From: an uncultured virus (IMG/VR IMGVR_UViG_3300047357_001465)
Lineage: Duplodnaviria > Heunggongvirae > Uroviricota > Caudoviricetes
Strand: one strand, 5' to 3'
Length of the DNA stretch: 64,000 bases
IMG/VR virus record: IMGVR_UViG_3300047357_001465
The translations under genes and the position numbers were made by a program. Shown here in pieces: positions 17,222-27,373 of this stretch. Positions within the stretch are counted from its first letter, which is position 1; every line of letters starts with the position of its first letter. The notes under the pieces were generated by a model. The model was not told where the DNA came from. It saw only the letters and a program-made list of their open reading frames with translations, and did not search any database.

Positions 17222-19993
17222 ATGAATCCGTATCGAAATATACTTACAGAGCTGAGAGAATCTCAAAATTTACTTAGTGAGGTAACTGCTATCCTGAAGA
17301 CATCTGCTTCTAAGGGGGACATAGCCAAAGCGAGAGAATCGTTAAAAAATAAAAGCTACAAAGACCCCGATAGCGGTAAGAGCATCTCTTTCAGCACGGC
17401 ATACAATAGAAGTGTCCCTCAGGCCCAGAAAGATTACGCAAAGGCATTGAAGTCGTTGCCTTCGGATAAAAAAAAAGAGGATGACGACGACAACCCCCTT
17501 GACGACCTTAACGAGGAGCAACTCGACTTACTTGAACGTGTTTCTAAAGGGCGTGATGTCTCGAACATGTCCCTCGTTGAAGAGAGGGTGCTTAGAGAGT
17601 CTTTAGCTATCCTCCTAGAGTCTCAGGACGAACTCGAAAAGGAGGGTGAGCCAGAGCCCCCTAAGAAAGCGGAGCGTAAGAAGAAACGTAAGTACGTGAA
17701 GAAGGTCAAAGAGAAGGTCAAAGAGAAGGTCAAAAAAGAGATCAAGCCGAAAGACGACGACGACCTTGAGTTCATTGACATTGATGAACTTATTGACGTT
17801 GAGGAGTTATCTGAAGTGCATTCAGATGACGCCAACCCCCTTTCTTCTGCCCTAGATAAGAAAGATAAGAGCAGGAGGGAGTTCGTTCAACAGGAACTGC
17901 TGAAGGAAGATGAGAAAGCGGAAAAGAGTAGGGACTCAATTCTGGACACTTTAACCCAATCTATTGACACGATCTCCATTAAGGCCAATGAGGATCTGGA
18001 GAGTCAAATAAAAGAGCTCAAAGAAGACCTGAGTAAATCTGGGATATCTGAGTCCAAGAAGAGAGAAATAGAAGACTCGATAGAAGATCTTCAAGACCAG
18101 AAAGATATCTTAACCCTTAACATTAAAAGCACTCAAGAGGGTTACCGTAAAGCTCTCACAGAGGCGGTTAAGGACATCCCTGATTTCGATGCGGAGCAGT
18201 CTAAGGAGCTATCTGAATCCTATTCGTCAATGGGAGCGGATTTAATATCGAAGGTTGAAGATCCCGCAGAGCTCAACACTTACATAGAAGACCAGATCAG
18301 CGAGCTGGAGTCTATAAGCAAAGATGACCCCGACTATCCTAAGTCACTAGGGAAGCTCTTAGCTCTCAAAGCTATGAAAGAGGAAGTAGTAGAGAACCCC
18401 ACTTTCGGCTTCTCCCCCCCTCGGCTCAATGCAGATCCTGTGTTCTTAGAAGAATATAAGAGGGAAGTTGGATCTCAGCAGAGGACTAAGTTCAACTCTT
18501 TCAGCAAAGAGCAGAGAGATGTCGCAGCAAAGAAGCTGTCGGCACAGAAGGAAGACCTTATTGATATCCTAGAGAGTCCTTCTTCCACAGACGCGGAGAA
18601 AAAGGAGGCAGAGAGGCAGATGATGATCGTTCGAGAATCAGAGTCTGCTCTAAACACTGTCCGCCTACTCAATGAAGAAGAGCCTTTGGACGGATTCTCT
18701 CCTGTAGACAAGGATCTTCTTGAGCTTGCTAAGGAGAATGAAGGTGTAGTGGAGCTGGTCTCTAATGTATCAAGATCCGACCTTTCAAATGAAGAGATGA
18801 GGCAGGTTGTAGAGAACAATCTGAGGGAGTTGCCTGAGGATCAGTGGTTAAAAGTTCTAGGGGCGGGAGGAATGGACAACCCTTATTCAGGCTATAAGGA
18901 TACTTTCAACAGCAACTACTGCCCTAACACCCCATCTAACGTAGCGGCGGGCGTAGCGGGTGAAGAACTCGACGATATGTCTAAGTGTCCAAACCCTGTC
19001 ACGGACTCATTGAAAAACTCTTTGAGGGACTCTTTAACAAAGAACTTCTTGGATGTGCAGACTTCCTTCCAAGCCCTGAAGTCAAAAAAGAAGAAAAGAC
19101 CCGCTCGAAAGAACAAAGAGCTGGCTGACGTACTCAAGAAGAACAAGGACGAATTCTTTAGCGTCTTGCTCGATAGTAAACATAAAGACGGGACGCGAGT
19201 TACAAAGGAAGAGAAGGAAGAGTATAGAAACTTTTTCTTCACTGAGTTGAGAGCTCTCAACTTGAAAAACTTGAAAACGCAAGGTTACCCTATCAATGGA
19301 ATCGAGGACATCATGCGTAAGATGAACAGGATACGAGGACTAGAGGGCAAGAAGAAGCTTGAAGAAATAGAAGCCCTGAAAAAACTCATGTCCGACATGA
19401 TGGACTTGAACCCACCAGCTAAGAAGGCATCTATTTTTAATAAACCTTTTATTGAAGGTCGTAATAGTTGCGGAGGTGTTTCAATGCACAAAAAATCAAC
19501 TGTCTATATAGACTATCAAGAAAGAGCGAAGTCTTTCAAGAAGGGTATGCGTGTGTATACTTTCTGGGAAGGAAACTCTAGCCAGCCTGGTGTAGTCGTA
19601 GCAGTTTATCCCGCTATCGGTATGGTGGACGTGGGTTATCCTCACGGCACGAAAAGGCAACCCGTAGAAGAACTTATTATAGATACCTCTAATGACGCGA
19701 AGATATTGAATAAAGGCGATTCCCTGAACGGGGAGTCAGAGGCAGTGCCTGTTACTACCAGACTTGCTAAGACAGTAGCCTCTAAGCATGTGAAGAAAGC
19801 TATCTATTGGGCTCAACGCGGTCGAAAGTACAGGCTCTGTAAAGGGGAAGACCCTAAGATGCCGAATTGCCCTCGTTGCAGGACGCAGATGAACCGTTCT
19901 ATATACAAAAGAAGAGATGGAGTAAGTGATAAATTGTTCGCTTGCAGAAACTGTCTCTTTATCATCAAAACCACAGATGTTGAAGGAGTCTAA
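17222..19993 (+). CDS. large charged head-associated protein with a C-terminal zinc-ribbon domain
   Basis: 923-aa ORF directly before the protease; C-terminal CPRC/CRNC; probable internal start at 19484. Confidence 0.6.
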   Translation: MNPYRNILTELRESQNLLSEVTAILKTSASKGDIAKARESLKNKSYKDPDSGKSISFSTAYNRSVPQAQKDYAKALKSLPSDKKKEDDDDNPLDDLNEEQLDLLERVSKGRDVSNMSLVEERVLRESLAILLESQDELEKEGEPEPPKKAERKKKRKYVKKVKEKVKEKVKKEIKPKDDDDLEFIDIDELIDVEELSEVHSDDANPLSSALDKKDKSRREFVQQELLKEDEKAEKSRDSILDTLTQSIDTISIKANEDLESQIKELKEDLSKSGISESKKREIEDSIEDLQDQKDILTLNIKSTQEGYRKALTEAVKDIPDFDAEQSKELSESYSSMGADLISKVEDPAELNTYIEDQISELESISKDDPDYPKSLGKLLALKAMKEEVVENPTFGFSPPRLNADPVFLEEYKREVGSQQRTKFNSFSKEQRDVAAKKLSAQKEDLIDILESPSSTDAEKKEAERQMMIVRESESALNTVRLLNEEEPLDGFSPVDKDLLELAKENEGVVELVSNVSRSDLSNEEMRQVVENNLRELPEDQWLKVLGAGGMDNPYSGYKDTFNSNYCPNTPSNVAAGVAGEELDDMSKCPNPVTDSLKNSLRDSLTKNFLDVQTSFQALKSKKKKRPARKNKELADVLKKNKDEFFSVLLDSKHKDGTRVTKEEKEEYRNFFFTELRALNLKNLKTQGYPINGIEDIMRKMNRIRGLEGKKKLEEIEALKKLMSDMMDLNPPAKKASIFNKPFIEGRNSCGGVSMHKKSTVYIDYQERAKSFKKGMRVYTFWEGNSSQPGVVVAVYPAIGMVDVGYPHGTKRQPVEELIIDTSNDAKILNKGDSLNGESEAVPVTTRLAKTVASKHVKKAIYWAQRGRKYRLCKGEDPKMPNCPRCRTQMNRSIYKRRDGVSDKLFACRNCLFIIKTTDVEGV

Positions 19994-19995
19994 AG

Positions 19996-21354
19996 ATGGC
20001 ATTCTTACGATATGCAAGAGCTAATGTAGTAACTCCTCAACTCGGGGGTTCTGAATGGGACAAGATCAGGGTAGCTTCTGGTTCAAAGCAGATGAATAGG
20101 TCTCTTAAAGCAAAGGCGGAAGATATACTTGGTGAAGAATTCACCCCTGACAAGTATCTACTTACCCATGCAACTATCGTCTGTTCCGTAGATGCCATCA
20201 CACCCCCAAACACCAAAACAGGGTCTATTAAAGAGGGTGGCGTTACTATCAATAGAAAGTACGCTGACTTTCGTATTTCTAAAGACACAGATAAGTTCAT
20301 CAATAACAACCTAGACTCATGGTCAAGAGGTGTTATTAAGAAGTCGTACCAGACCTTCATCGGAGCTCATAACTTTGTCGAACACGTTCAGGTTGAAGAG
20401 CTGTCTAAAGGTAAGATTATAGACGCTGTACTTAGAGACATAGGCGACTCTTTATATGTAGACATCCTTGTGGCAACAAACAAGAAGCACAAAGACCTCA
20501 TTGAGCAGATTGTCTCTGGCAAAATGAATTCTATGTCAATGGGTTGCTCTGTGGACTTTACTATCTGCACTAAATGTGGACACGTAGCCGCGGATGAGCC
20601 TGAAATGTGCTCTCACGTCAAATACGAGAAGGGTAACACCTTCTTCGATGAACAAGGTGTGAAACACAGGGTTGCAGAGCTATGTGGACACGAAGATATC
20701 GGGGAAACTGCAGGTGTCACTTTCATTGAAGCTTCTTGGGTTGCAACTCCTGCTTTCCCTGGTGCGGTGGCAAGGAATACTTTAGATATTCCTGAAAAGT
20801 GGCTGGAAAAAAAAGCTAGCCTTGTAACCGCCGCTTTCGGAGTGGACGAAGATAGCGAAGAAGGCGAAGGGGGTCAGGATAAAGCTCCCTCAGATGGCCT
20901 CCTAAAAAAGCTAGATGCTGTCTACGAAGAAGCTGTTATCGACAGATTCAAGAAGAAGCTGGAAACTGAGATCAAGAAAGAAAAGTCTCAGTTAGCTCTA
21001 CACCCCCCCATCAGCAAATCTACCGTTGAGCAGAACGACACCATCATTAAAGAAGGTGGCTCTATCAACACGGAAGATTATCTCAAAGCATTAGGCCTCT
21101 CCATAAGAACTGCTAATTCAGAGCAAGAGGCGGTCTTTAACATAGCTTTGGTCAACAACCACTTCGGTGTCAATGTACCCTCTAGTGTCTATAAGGTCGC
21201 TAGTAAGATAGGGAACGCCGAAAACTATTCCTCTGTGGAAGACTTTCTGAAGAAAGCTTCAGAGGTGTATGGTAAAACACTATCAGAAAAAGAGTCTTTC
21301 GCTCTTATTCGAATCTCAAAACTTTTATCCCTTAACAGTTTCGGGCAGAGATAA
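19996..21354 (+). CDS. prohead (maturation) protease
   Basis: HNFVEH, SMSMGC, CTKCGH..CSH zinc insert and FIEASWVATPAF; position before scaffold, decoration and capsid genes. Confidence 0.75.
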   Translation: MAFLRYARANVVTPQLGGSEWDKIRVASGSKQMNRSLKAKAEDILGEEFTPDKYLLTHATIVCSVDAITPPNTKTGSIKEGGVTINRKYADFRISKDTDKFINNNLDSWSRGVIKKSYQTFIGAHNFVEHVQVEELSKGKIIDAVLRDIGDSLYVDILVATNKKHKDLIEQIVSGKMNSMSMGCSVDFTICTKCGHVAADEPEMCSHVKYEKGNTFFDEQGVKHRVAELCGHEDIGETAGVTFIEASWVATPAFPGAVARNTLDIPEKWLEKKASLVTAAFGVDEDSEEGEGGQDKAPSDGLLKKLDAVYEEAVIDRFKKKLETEIKKEKSQLALHPPISKSTVEQNDTIIKEGGSINTEDYLKALGLSIRTANSEQEAVFNIALVNNHFGVNVPSSVYKVASKIGNAENYSSVEDFLKKASEVYGKTLSEKESFALIRISKLLSLNSFGQR

Positions 21355-21387
21355 AGTCTTGCCCTTGAACCAATGAAAGGAGTACCT

Positions 21388-23202
21388 ATGTCTAGGTATA
21401 CTCGTTCTAAGTCTCAGAGGTCTTCTTCTGCCCGAAGGAACCTCCGTTCACGCCGTGCTAACTCAGCTATCCCAGGTTATGACAACCTCGGCTGGGAAGA
21501 TTTCGGCCACCCCGCTTCAGCAGACCAGCCTAGTCTTGAGGACTATGGAATCGAATCAGATTTCGGTGAGGGTGTACGCAAAGGTCCTTACGGCGACAGT
21601 CCTGCACCAGCTTCTTACGGATGGGAGCCAGATCATCCCGCTTCAAGAAGTGCTAGCCTCCGTGACCGAAAGCTCCGTAAAGCTATGGAGCGTAAGGCTG
21701 CCAAGTGCATCAAGATTGCTGAGTCTCGTCTCGGCAAGTCTGCGTCTCAGCGTGAGATTGAAGACCTCGCACTCCGCTTCATGGATCTCCCAAATAAGGC
21801 GGTTAACACTCGCGTAGCTAGCCTCGACCACCATATGGGTATGGAAGATCTCGATGCAGATGAAGACGACATCATGGCAATGATGGACCACCATATGGGT
21901 ATGGAAGACCATATGGGTATGGACGACCATATGGGCATGGAAGATCTCGATGCAGATGAAGACGACATCATGGCAATGATGGACGATCATATGGGTATGG
22001 AAGACTTCGATGCTGATGAAGACGACATCATGGGCATGGAAGACCATATGGGTATGGACGACCTCGATGCAGATGAAGACGACATCATGGCAATGATGGA
22101 CGACCATATGGGTATGGAAGATCTCGATGCAGATGAAGACGACATCATGGCAATGATGGACGACCATATGGGTATGGAAGATCATATGGGTATGGACGAC
22201 CATATGGGTATGGACGACCATATGGGTATGGAAGACTTCGATGCAGACGAGGACGACATCATGGCAATGATGGACGAACCTGTGGCACATGGCATCTTTG
22301 ACGAGTATGACCTCGACATGGATGGGATGATCAGCCCAGAAGAGTTCGGAGGTTCAGCGGACGCTTTCAACGCTATGGACAGCGACCTCGACGGCTTCCT
22401 CTCTAGGGAAGAAGCTTCTGTCGGACTCGGTGACTCTTTTGGAGAAGAAGCCGCTGAAGTTCTCGCGGAGGAAGTGACTATGCTTAAAGCCGCGAATGCT
22501 CGCCTCTCACGTAAAGTCCGCAGTCTCTCTGTTCGCATGGCATCTCAGGAAGAGGCTTCTGAAGAAGAAGCATCTGAAGAAGAAGCCGAAGAGAAGGAGA
22601 CTTCAAAGAAGAAGGCAAGCACTTCTCGTCGTATTGCCCGCATCGAGAGACTTGCTAATGCACTCTCTGATTACATGGCTGAGATGGAGCGTCAGGCATC
22701 TGAGGAAGAGGCTTCTGAAGAAGAAGCATCTGAGGAAGAAGCTGAAGAGAAAGAGACTTCAAAGAAGAAGGCTAAGGAAGAAGAGGCATCTGAGGAAGAG
22801 GCTTCTGAAGAAGAAGCCGAAGAGAAGGAGACTTCAAAGAAGGCTTACCACTCAATGGCTGACGTTCTCGCCGACCTTGAGATAGAAGCAGACGAAGAAG
22901 AGATCGTCGCAGAAGATCCTATGGGTCTTGATGCTTCAGACCTTGGCATGATCGACCCTAAGCTTGCTTCAATCTTCACCGCTTCTGACGAAGATGACGA
23001 AGATGACGAAGATGCAGACGAGACAGAAGATGGCGATAGCGAGGAGAAGGAGACTTCAAAGAAGGCCTCTTACCGACCAAGCAAGAGAACTCGTCAAGCT
23101 TCTGTGAAGACACTCGGCAACATCAGCCGTGAGGCATCTAGCTCAGACGAGCTCTCTAAGCTCTGGGAATCAGCCCCAGACGTTTCTAAGTTCTTCGGGT
23201 GA
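21388..23202 (+). CDS. capsid scaffolding protein with tandem repeats and an EF-hand pair
   Basis: Acidic low-complexity protein between the protease and capsid genes; AAGGAG RBS before ATG 21388. Confidence 0.65.
   Translation: MSRYTRSKSQRSSSARRNLRSRRANSAIPGYDNLGWEDFGHPASADQPSLEDYGIESDFGEGVRKGPYGDSPAPASYGWEPDHPASRSASLRDRKLRKAMERKAAKCIKIAESRLGKSASQREIEDLALRFMDLPNKAVNTRVASLDHHMGMEDLDADEDDIMAMMDHHMGMEDHMGMDDHMGMEDLDADEDDIMAMMDDHMGMEDFDADEDDIMGMEDHMGMDDLDADEDDIMAMMDDHMGMEDLDADEDDIMAMMDDHMGMEDHMGMDDHMGMDDHMGMEDFDADEDDIMAMMDEPVAHGIFDEYDLDMDGMISPEEFGGSADAFNAMDSDLDGFLSREEASVGLGDSFGEEAAEVLAEEVTMLKAANARLSRKVRSLSVRMASQEEASEEEASEEEAEEKETSKKKASTSRRIARIERLANALSDYMAEMERQASEEEASEEEASEEEAEEKETSKKKAKEEEASEEEASEEEAEEKETSKKAYHSMADVLADLEIEADEEEIVAEDPMGLDASDLGMIDPKLASIFTASDEDDEDDEDADETEDGDSEEKETSKKASYRPSKRTRQASVKTLGNISREASSSDELSKLWESAPDVSKFFG
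21826..22275 (+). repeat. coding tandem repeat (D/E)DHMGM and EDLDADEDDIMAMMD
   Basis: Repeated gaccatatgggtatgga / gatgcagatgaagacgacatcatggcaatgatg units. Confidence 0.95.
22545..22845 (+). repeat. coding repeat EEASEEEASEEEAEEKETSKK (3 copies)
   Basis: Seen in DNA and protein; a partial fourth copy near 23041. Confidence 0.9.
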
Positions 23203-23208
23203 TTTTTT

Positions 23209-23222
23209 AATAACTCGTTTAT
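23209..23222 (+). promoter_or_regulatory. putative late promoter AATAACTCGTTTAT (decoration/capsid operon)
   Basis: Same motif family. Confidence 0.6.
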
Positions 23223-23335
23223 TGAACTTGTATAACCATGCAACTTGGGTGTTAGGGCAACCTACCACCCTATTCTAACAAACACACTACTCACTTGATT
23301 ACAGTGAGTATGAGCAAACACATAGGAGATTAACT

Positions 23336-23917
23336 ATGGCTCTACTTGGACAAGCAAGTGGTGGGTTCACTGAGAGCAGTTCTGCACTCCGTATTCTGCA
23401 CGTCGGTGTTCGTAACACCCTCGGTCAGCTTACTGCAGACAGTTTCACTCAGACTAACCCTCCTGTAACGACCGATACAGATCGCATTAGTACTTCTGCA
23501 GGTATGCAGACCAACGTTCTTGGTGTACTTAGCGGGTCAATCGCATTCACTAGGTCTGATGAGGGTGTAAACTTTCACGGTGGACCTACCGCAGTCAACC
23601 CCGCAACTGAGCGTGTACTCGGTGTTTTCATTAACAATGCTTCTGGCAATGCTTTTGAGAACCAACCTGGCGTAGCAAGCAACAGGGGACCTTATGTTTC
23701 TGCACAGGGTTCTTACGCGAACAGCCTCTATGAGACATCTCGCACTGACGCGGACCAAGCTATCACCTACAGTGCTGGCGACAGCCTCAGAGCTTCTGTC
23801 AACGGTTATCTCACTAACGATGCAAACGAGAGAGCTAGTGATACGATTGAGATCGCTATCCTCAAAATTGCCCCAGACTCTAACTCAGACGAGTTGGTTT
23901 ACGATCAACGCATCTGA
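23336..23917 (+). CDS. capsid decoration/cement protein
   Basis: Directly upstream of the major capsid gene; Gly/Ala/Thr-rich. Confidence 0.6.
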   Translation: MALLGQASGGFTESSSALRILHVGVRNTLGQLTADSFTQTNPPVTTDTDRISTSAGMQTNVLGVLSGSIAFTRSDEGVNFHGGPTAVNPATERVLGVFINNASGNAFENQPGVASNRGPYVSAQGSYANSLYETSRTDADQAITYSAGDSLRASVNGYLTNDANERASDTIEIAILKIAPDSNSDELVYDQRI

Positions 23918-23938
23918 TTATAGGAAAGGACGTATAAA

Positions 23939-24817
23939 ATGAGTAACACAGTTGACAATAGCGTAAAACAGAAGATCATCAGCGACTACATCAAGACCCC
24001 TCAGGGTCGTGCGAAGCTCGCGGCTTCTATGACACAGCCACTCCGCCTTCGTCGTGACTATACGAGTGTTGGTCGTAAGACCTTCCTCGTTGAGCAACTC
24101 CCAGACGGAGCGTTGCCGATTTATGACAAAGATCCAGACGTGACTGCATTTGTAGTTGGTGAAGAGGGTGAGAACATCCTCGCTATCACTAAGCCTCGTC
24201 GTGTGATTTTCCCACTCTTCGAGATCGCATCTAACCCTGAGATCCCACTCACGCAGATTAAAGAGCGTCGCTTCGACCTCATCGAGCGTGCTCAGGATCT
24301 CGCTAGGGCTCAGATTCAGGCTGCTGAGGACGAGCGTGTATTCGCGATTCTCGACGCAGTCGCGGCTAACGGCTTCGATAGCGTTGCAGGTCAGACTAAC
24401 GCTGACATCCCTGTCATCGCCCCTCTTAACGGTGCTGTTCTTGCTGATGCATACAGCCTCATCGAGCGTCACGACCTCCGCGTTGCTCGCATCTTCATGA
24501 ATGCTCGTGACTATGCTGACATCCGTAAGTTCGGTCGTGACATCCTCGACATCGAGTCACAGGCTTCACTCCTCAAGACAGGCCTTCAGGCTACTCTTTG
24601 GGGTGCTCAGATCATCACTAGTCGTCTCGTACCTGTCGGTACTGTCTACGCTACCTGTGAGCCTGAGATGTTCGGACGTATCCCTGTTCGTACTGAGCTT
24701 ACCGTTCTCTCTGCTGATGACCCGAAGGCTCGTACCATCGGTTTCTCATGCTTCGAGAATCTCGGTATTGGTGCATACAACCCACGCGGTCTTGCACGAC
24801 TCACTGTCACTCGCTAA
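23939..24817 (+). CDS. major capsid protein (HK97-like)
   Basis: 292 aa; strong codon bias; canonical head-gene order; strong terminator downstream. Confidence 0.8.
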   Translation: MSNTVDNSVKQKIISDYIKTPQGRAKLAASMTQPLRLRRDYTSVGRKTFLVEQLPDGALPIYDKDPDVTAFVVGEEGENILAITKPRRVIFPLFEIASNPEIPLTQIKERRFDLIERAQDLARAQIQAAEDERVFAILDAVAANGFDSVAGQTNADIPVIAPLNGAVLADAYSLIERHDLRVARIFMNARDYADIRKFGRDILDIESQASLLKTGLQATLWGAQIITSRLVPVGTVYATCEPEMFGRIPVRTELTVLSADDPKARTIGFSCFENLGIGAYNPRGLARLTVTR

Positions 24818-24874
24818 TACCTAGTATTTAGCTTGCGACAAGCCCCTCTGTCTCGGCGGGGTCTAGTCAAGAAG

Positions 24875-24912
24875 AAACCCTGTCTTCCGAATGGAGGATG
24901 GGGTTTTTTTTT
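24875..24912 (+). terminator. intrinsic terminator after the major capsid gene
   Basis: AAACCCTGTCTTCC-GAAT-GGAGGATGGGGTTT followed by a T-run. Confidence 0.85.
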
Positions 24913-24974
24913 ATTTCTCCCACATTCTAAATTGATAACACGTTTATACGAACCGAGATAGAAATAGGAGAGAG

Positions 24975-25238
24975 ATGATGTATATAAACTGGTCGAAAAT
25001 ACTAGAGAAAGCAAACCTCGTGACACTGAGATTACACTTTGATCTCATGTCTGCCTTGGAGTCTCTAGATGAAAACCCTAAAGACGTGACTGAAGACGAG
25101 ATTCGTTACGCAATCATGCGAGGGAGAGACCGACTAGCCCAAGCATCAGGGCAAGATAAAGCTCTTTTAATAGAGATTGTGTCCGCCCTTGAAATTGAAA
25201 TGAACAGTAGAAAACATTCGCGGACAATGAGCCTGTGA
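24975..25238 (+). CDS. hypothetical protein
   Basis: AGGAG RBS; upstream late motif. Confidence 0.55.
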   Translation: MMYINWSKILEKANLVTLRLHFDLMSALESLDENPKDVTEDEIRYAIMRGRDRLAQASGQDKALLIEIVSALEIEMNSRKHSRTMSL

Positions 25239-25254
25239 GTAGAGGGGAGTATTT

Positions 25255-26118
25255 ATGAGAAAGCTATATAACACTAAGAGAAAGCTCTCGATCTCGCCCA
25301 CCTTCAAGATTTTGGGTGGAGTCCTCCGTAAATGGGGAGAGATCCGACACCTTGAAGAGGTTGCCATCATATACAAAAATGGCTCTATCTCTAGGTACTC
25401 TCAAGATCCCGATTCTCCTTTCTATATCAGTGTCTTCCCTTACATAAACAAAATGGAAGTCTTCGGGATATCTAATAAATGGCGACGTTACAATGGCTCT
25501 TGGGATTTCGTCACTCACGTATATGACCATGAGGGACGACCAGGACCTTTGCGGGCCGAAAAGACCGAAAAGACCATCAAGGGTGCTCGCCAGGCTGGCA
25601 TTCAAGCTGTCAAAGATCACTATGTTCAAGTGAATAAAACTCTCATGCAAGATCCGCAAGAGAGGTTAGAGGAAGAGCTGGTAAGAGCACTCAAGGGCCA
25701 CGATTGGTATTACGCGATGAGTGATGACCATAGAAAAAATATGAGCGGGCGAGACTCTATGAGGCGTATTAAGCACCTAATGCGTGAGATGGAAGACTCT
25801 GATAGAGCAGAAGAGCTATTTAGAAAGTATGCACCCGAGGGCATAGAAGGAAAAGGCATCATACCTAAGAAGAGACCTATCGTGGAGGGAGACATCTTCT
25901 TTAAAAAAGACCCTCATGGATTTGATGTTCTTTATTGGTACGAAGTCTTGAAAGTAAACCGCAGGAGTCTTGTGCTTAGAGAGAAGAACTTCAAGAAGAG
26001 TAAGTATAACTCAAAAGAATATCTTGGAGATCCTTTTAGAGTCCCCTATCCTCAGAGAAAGTGGAATGTCATTAAGTACAAAGGCATCACTTACACCTTA
26101 CAGGGTACGCAGTTTTAA
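25255..26118 (+). CDS. hypothetical protein
   Basis: 287 aa; GAGGGG RBS; contains a HDWYYAMSDD motif. Confidence 0.6.
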   Translation: MRKLYNTKRKLSISPTFKILGGVLRKWGEIRHLEEVAIIYKNGSISRYSQDPDSPFYISVFPYINKMEVFGISNKWRRYNGSWDFVTHVYDHEGRPGPLRAEKTEKTIKGARQAGIQAVKDHYVQVNKTLMQDPQERLEEELVRALKGHDWYYAMSDDHRKNMSGRDSMRRIKHLMREMEDSDRAEELFRKYAPEGIEGKGIIPKKRPIVEGDIFFKKDPHGFDVLYWYEVLKVNRRSLVLREKNFKKSKYNSKEYLGDPFRVPYPQRKWNVIKYKGITYTLQGTQF

Positions 26119-26313
26119 AACCTCATCGAGCCTCTTTTTTTTATAAGTGTCAACACACAAACTTATTTAAAGGAGGCTCGATGAGCATTGAATCTATAGT
26201 CCATGCCGTATCTCGATAATGACCCTGAAGGACATTGGGAGCGGAACTTCTAGGCCTTTCCGCCTGAACAATAATATTTCTATAAGCAGTCAAGCTGTAA
26301 AGGAGAAAATAAG

Positions 26314-27063
26314 ATGAAGTTAACACCAAGAGATAAGAAGGTAATTGATTCTTTCATTGCAAAGAAACCAATGGTTTCAAAAAAGCTGTCTACAGACGGC
26401 AAAGTCCTAAATAAGAACGCCCAATTATATTCTCACTTAGAATATATAGGGGTAGCTGAGTGGGGGGGGAGTCATATTAAACAAGTAAGCGACTACCCTG
26501 AGGAACTTGCAACCATTGTGAACTATATGACGAAGGAAGCTCTTCGAAGAGGCATCTCGGTGTTCGATTTTTGGGGTCGTGAAAAGAAGCTGAAGGCGAT
26601 CACTCTCACTCCTAAAGACAAGAAGGTCATCGAGTCTTTTATCGCAAAGAGGCCTGCACGGTCTAGGAAGCTTGAGTCTTACGGACATTCCCTTGAGTGC
26701 TTGCTGACTAGTAGGGTATTATTCCAACATGACGTGACAGGGGACTTTGTGATTAGAGATCGGAAGTCTCAACGGGGTTCCGCGATTCACAGGTGGCATG
26801 ATACTGTTTTTTCCTATCTCAAGAAGAAGAGTAGGAAGGACACAATCCTCGCAGAAAACTATAAAAACCTCGCTGAATACATGAAGGACATCTTAAGAGA
26901 GAAGACCATTGAGTTCAATGAAGTGAGAAGTATAGATAGGAAGCCTAGCGAGAGGCATATCCAAGAGGTCTGGGAGTCTGGTTTGATTGATGAAGAGATC
27001 CGTAGGGTGGACGAGGCTATCTCTGACTATCAGCACATGACAGACGTAGGGTTTCAAGACTAA
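26314..27063 (+). CDS. protein with two LTP(R/K)DKKVI.SF modules
   Basis: Internal duplication visible in the translation. Confidence 0.65.
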   Translation: MKLTPRDKKVIDSFIAKKPMVSKKLSTDGKVLNKNAQLYSHLEYIGVAEWGGSHIKQVSDYPEELATIVNYMTKEALRRGISVFDFWGREKKLKAITLTPKDKKVIESFIAKRPARSRKLESYGHSLECLLTSRVLFQHDVTGDFVIRDRKSQRGSAIHRWHDTVFSYLKKKSRKDTILAENYKNLAEYMKDILREKTIEFNEVRSIDRKPSERHIQEVWESGLIDEEIRRVDEAISDYQHMTDVGFQD

Positions 27064-27325
27064 TGCATGGTTTAAGACTTCCTAAACTAACGCAAAGAGA
27101 CAAGAGTGTGATCCAAGACTTTGTGGATAAGAGGCAGTTTTATTCCAAAAAGCTTCTTTCAAACAGCGAAGCACTTGAGTGTAAAGTGACCAAGTGCTTT
27201 TCTATTGGGGAGAAGAGGGCAAAATTAAATGGAATAGTTGGGTTTTCAGTCACTTAGATTTCTCTGACTTGTGGCTACGGCATGTATCAAACTATGTCTG
27301 TAACAGGTATGGCGACATACTCTAA
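27063..27325 (+). pseudogene. frameshifted third copy of the DKKVI module
   Basis: Similarity continues in another frame after about 27190 (QVLFYWGEEGKIKW...RYGDIL*). Confidence 0.55.
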
Positions 27326-27373
27326 TAGTTTATCTATCCTCGTCTTTCTCTACACCAACAAAGGAGAAATGCT

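Noticed and set aside
21826..22275. Possible CRISPR array
   Set aside because: Repeats are in-frame coding units with synonymous variation and no unique spacers; no cas genes
21643..22290. 215-aa His-rich antisense ORF
   Set aside because: Shadow of the scaffold repeat on the opposite strand; no RBS
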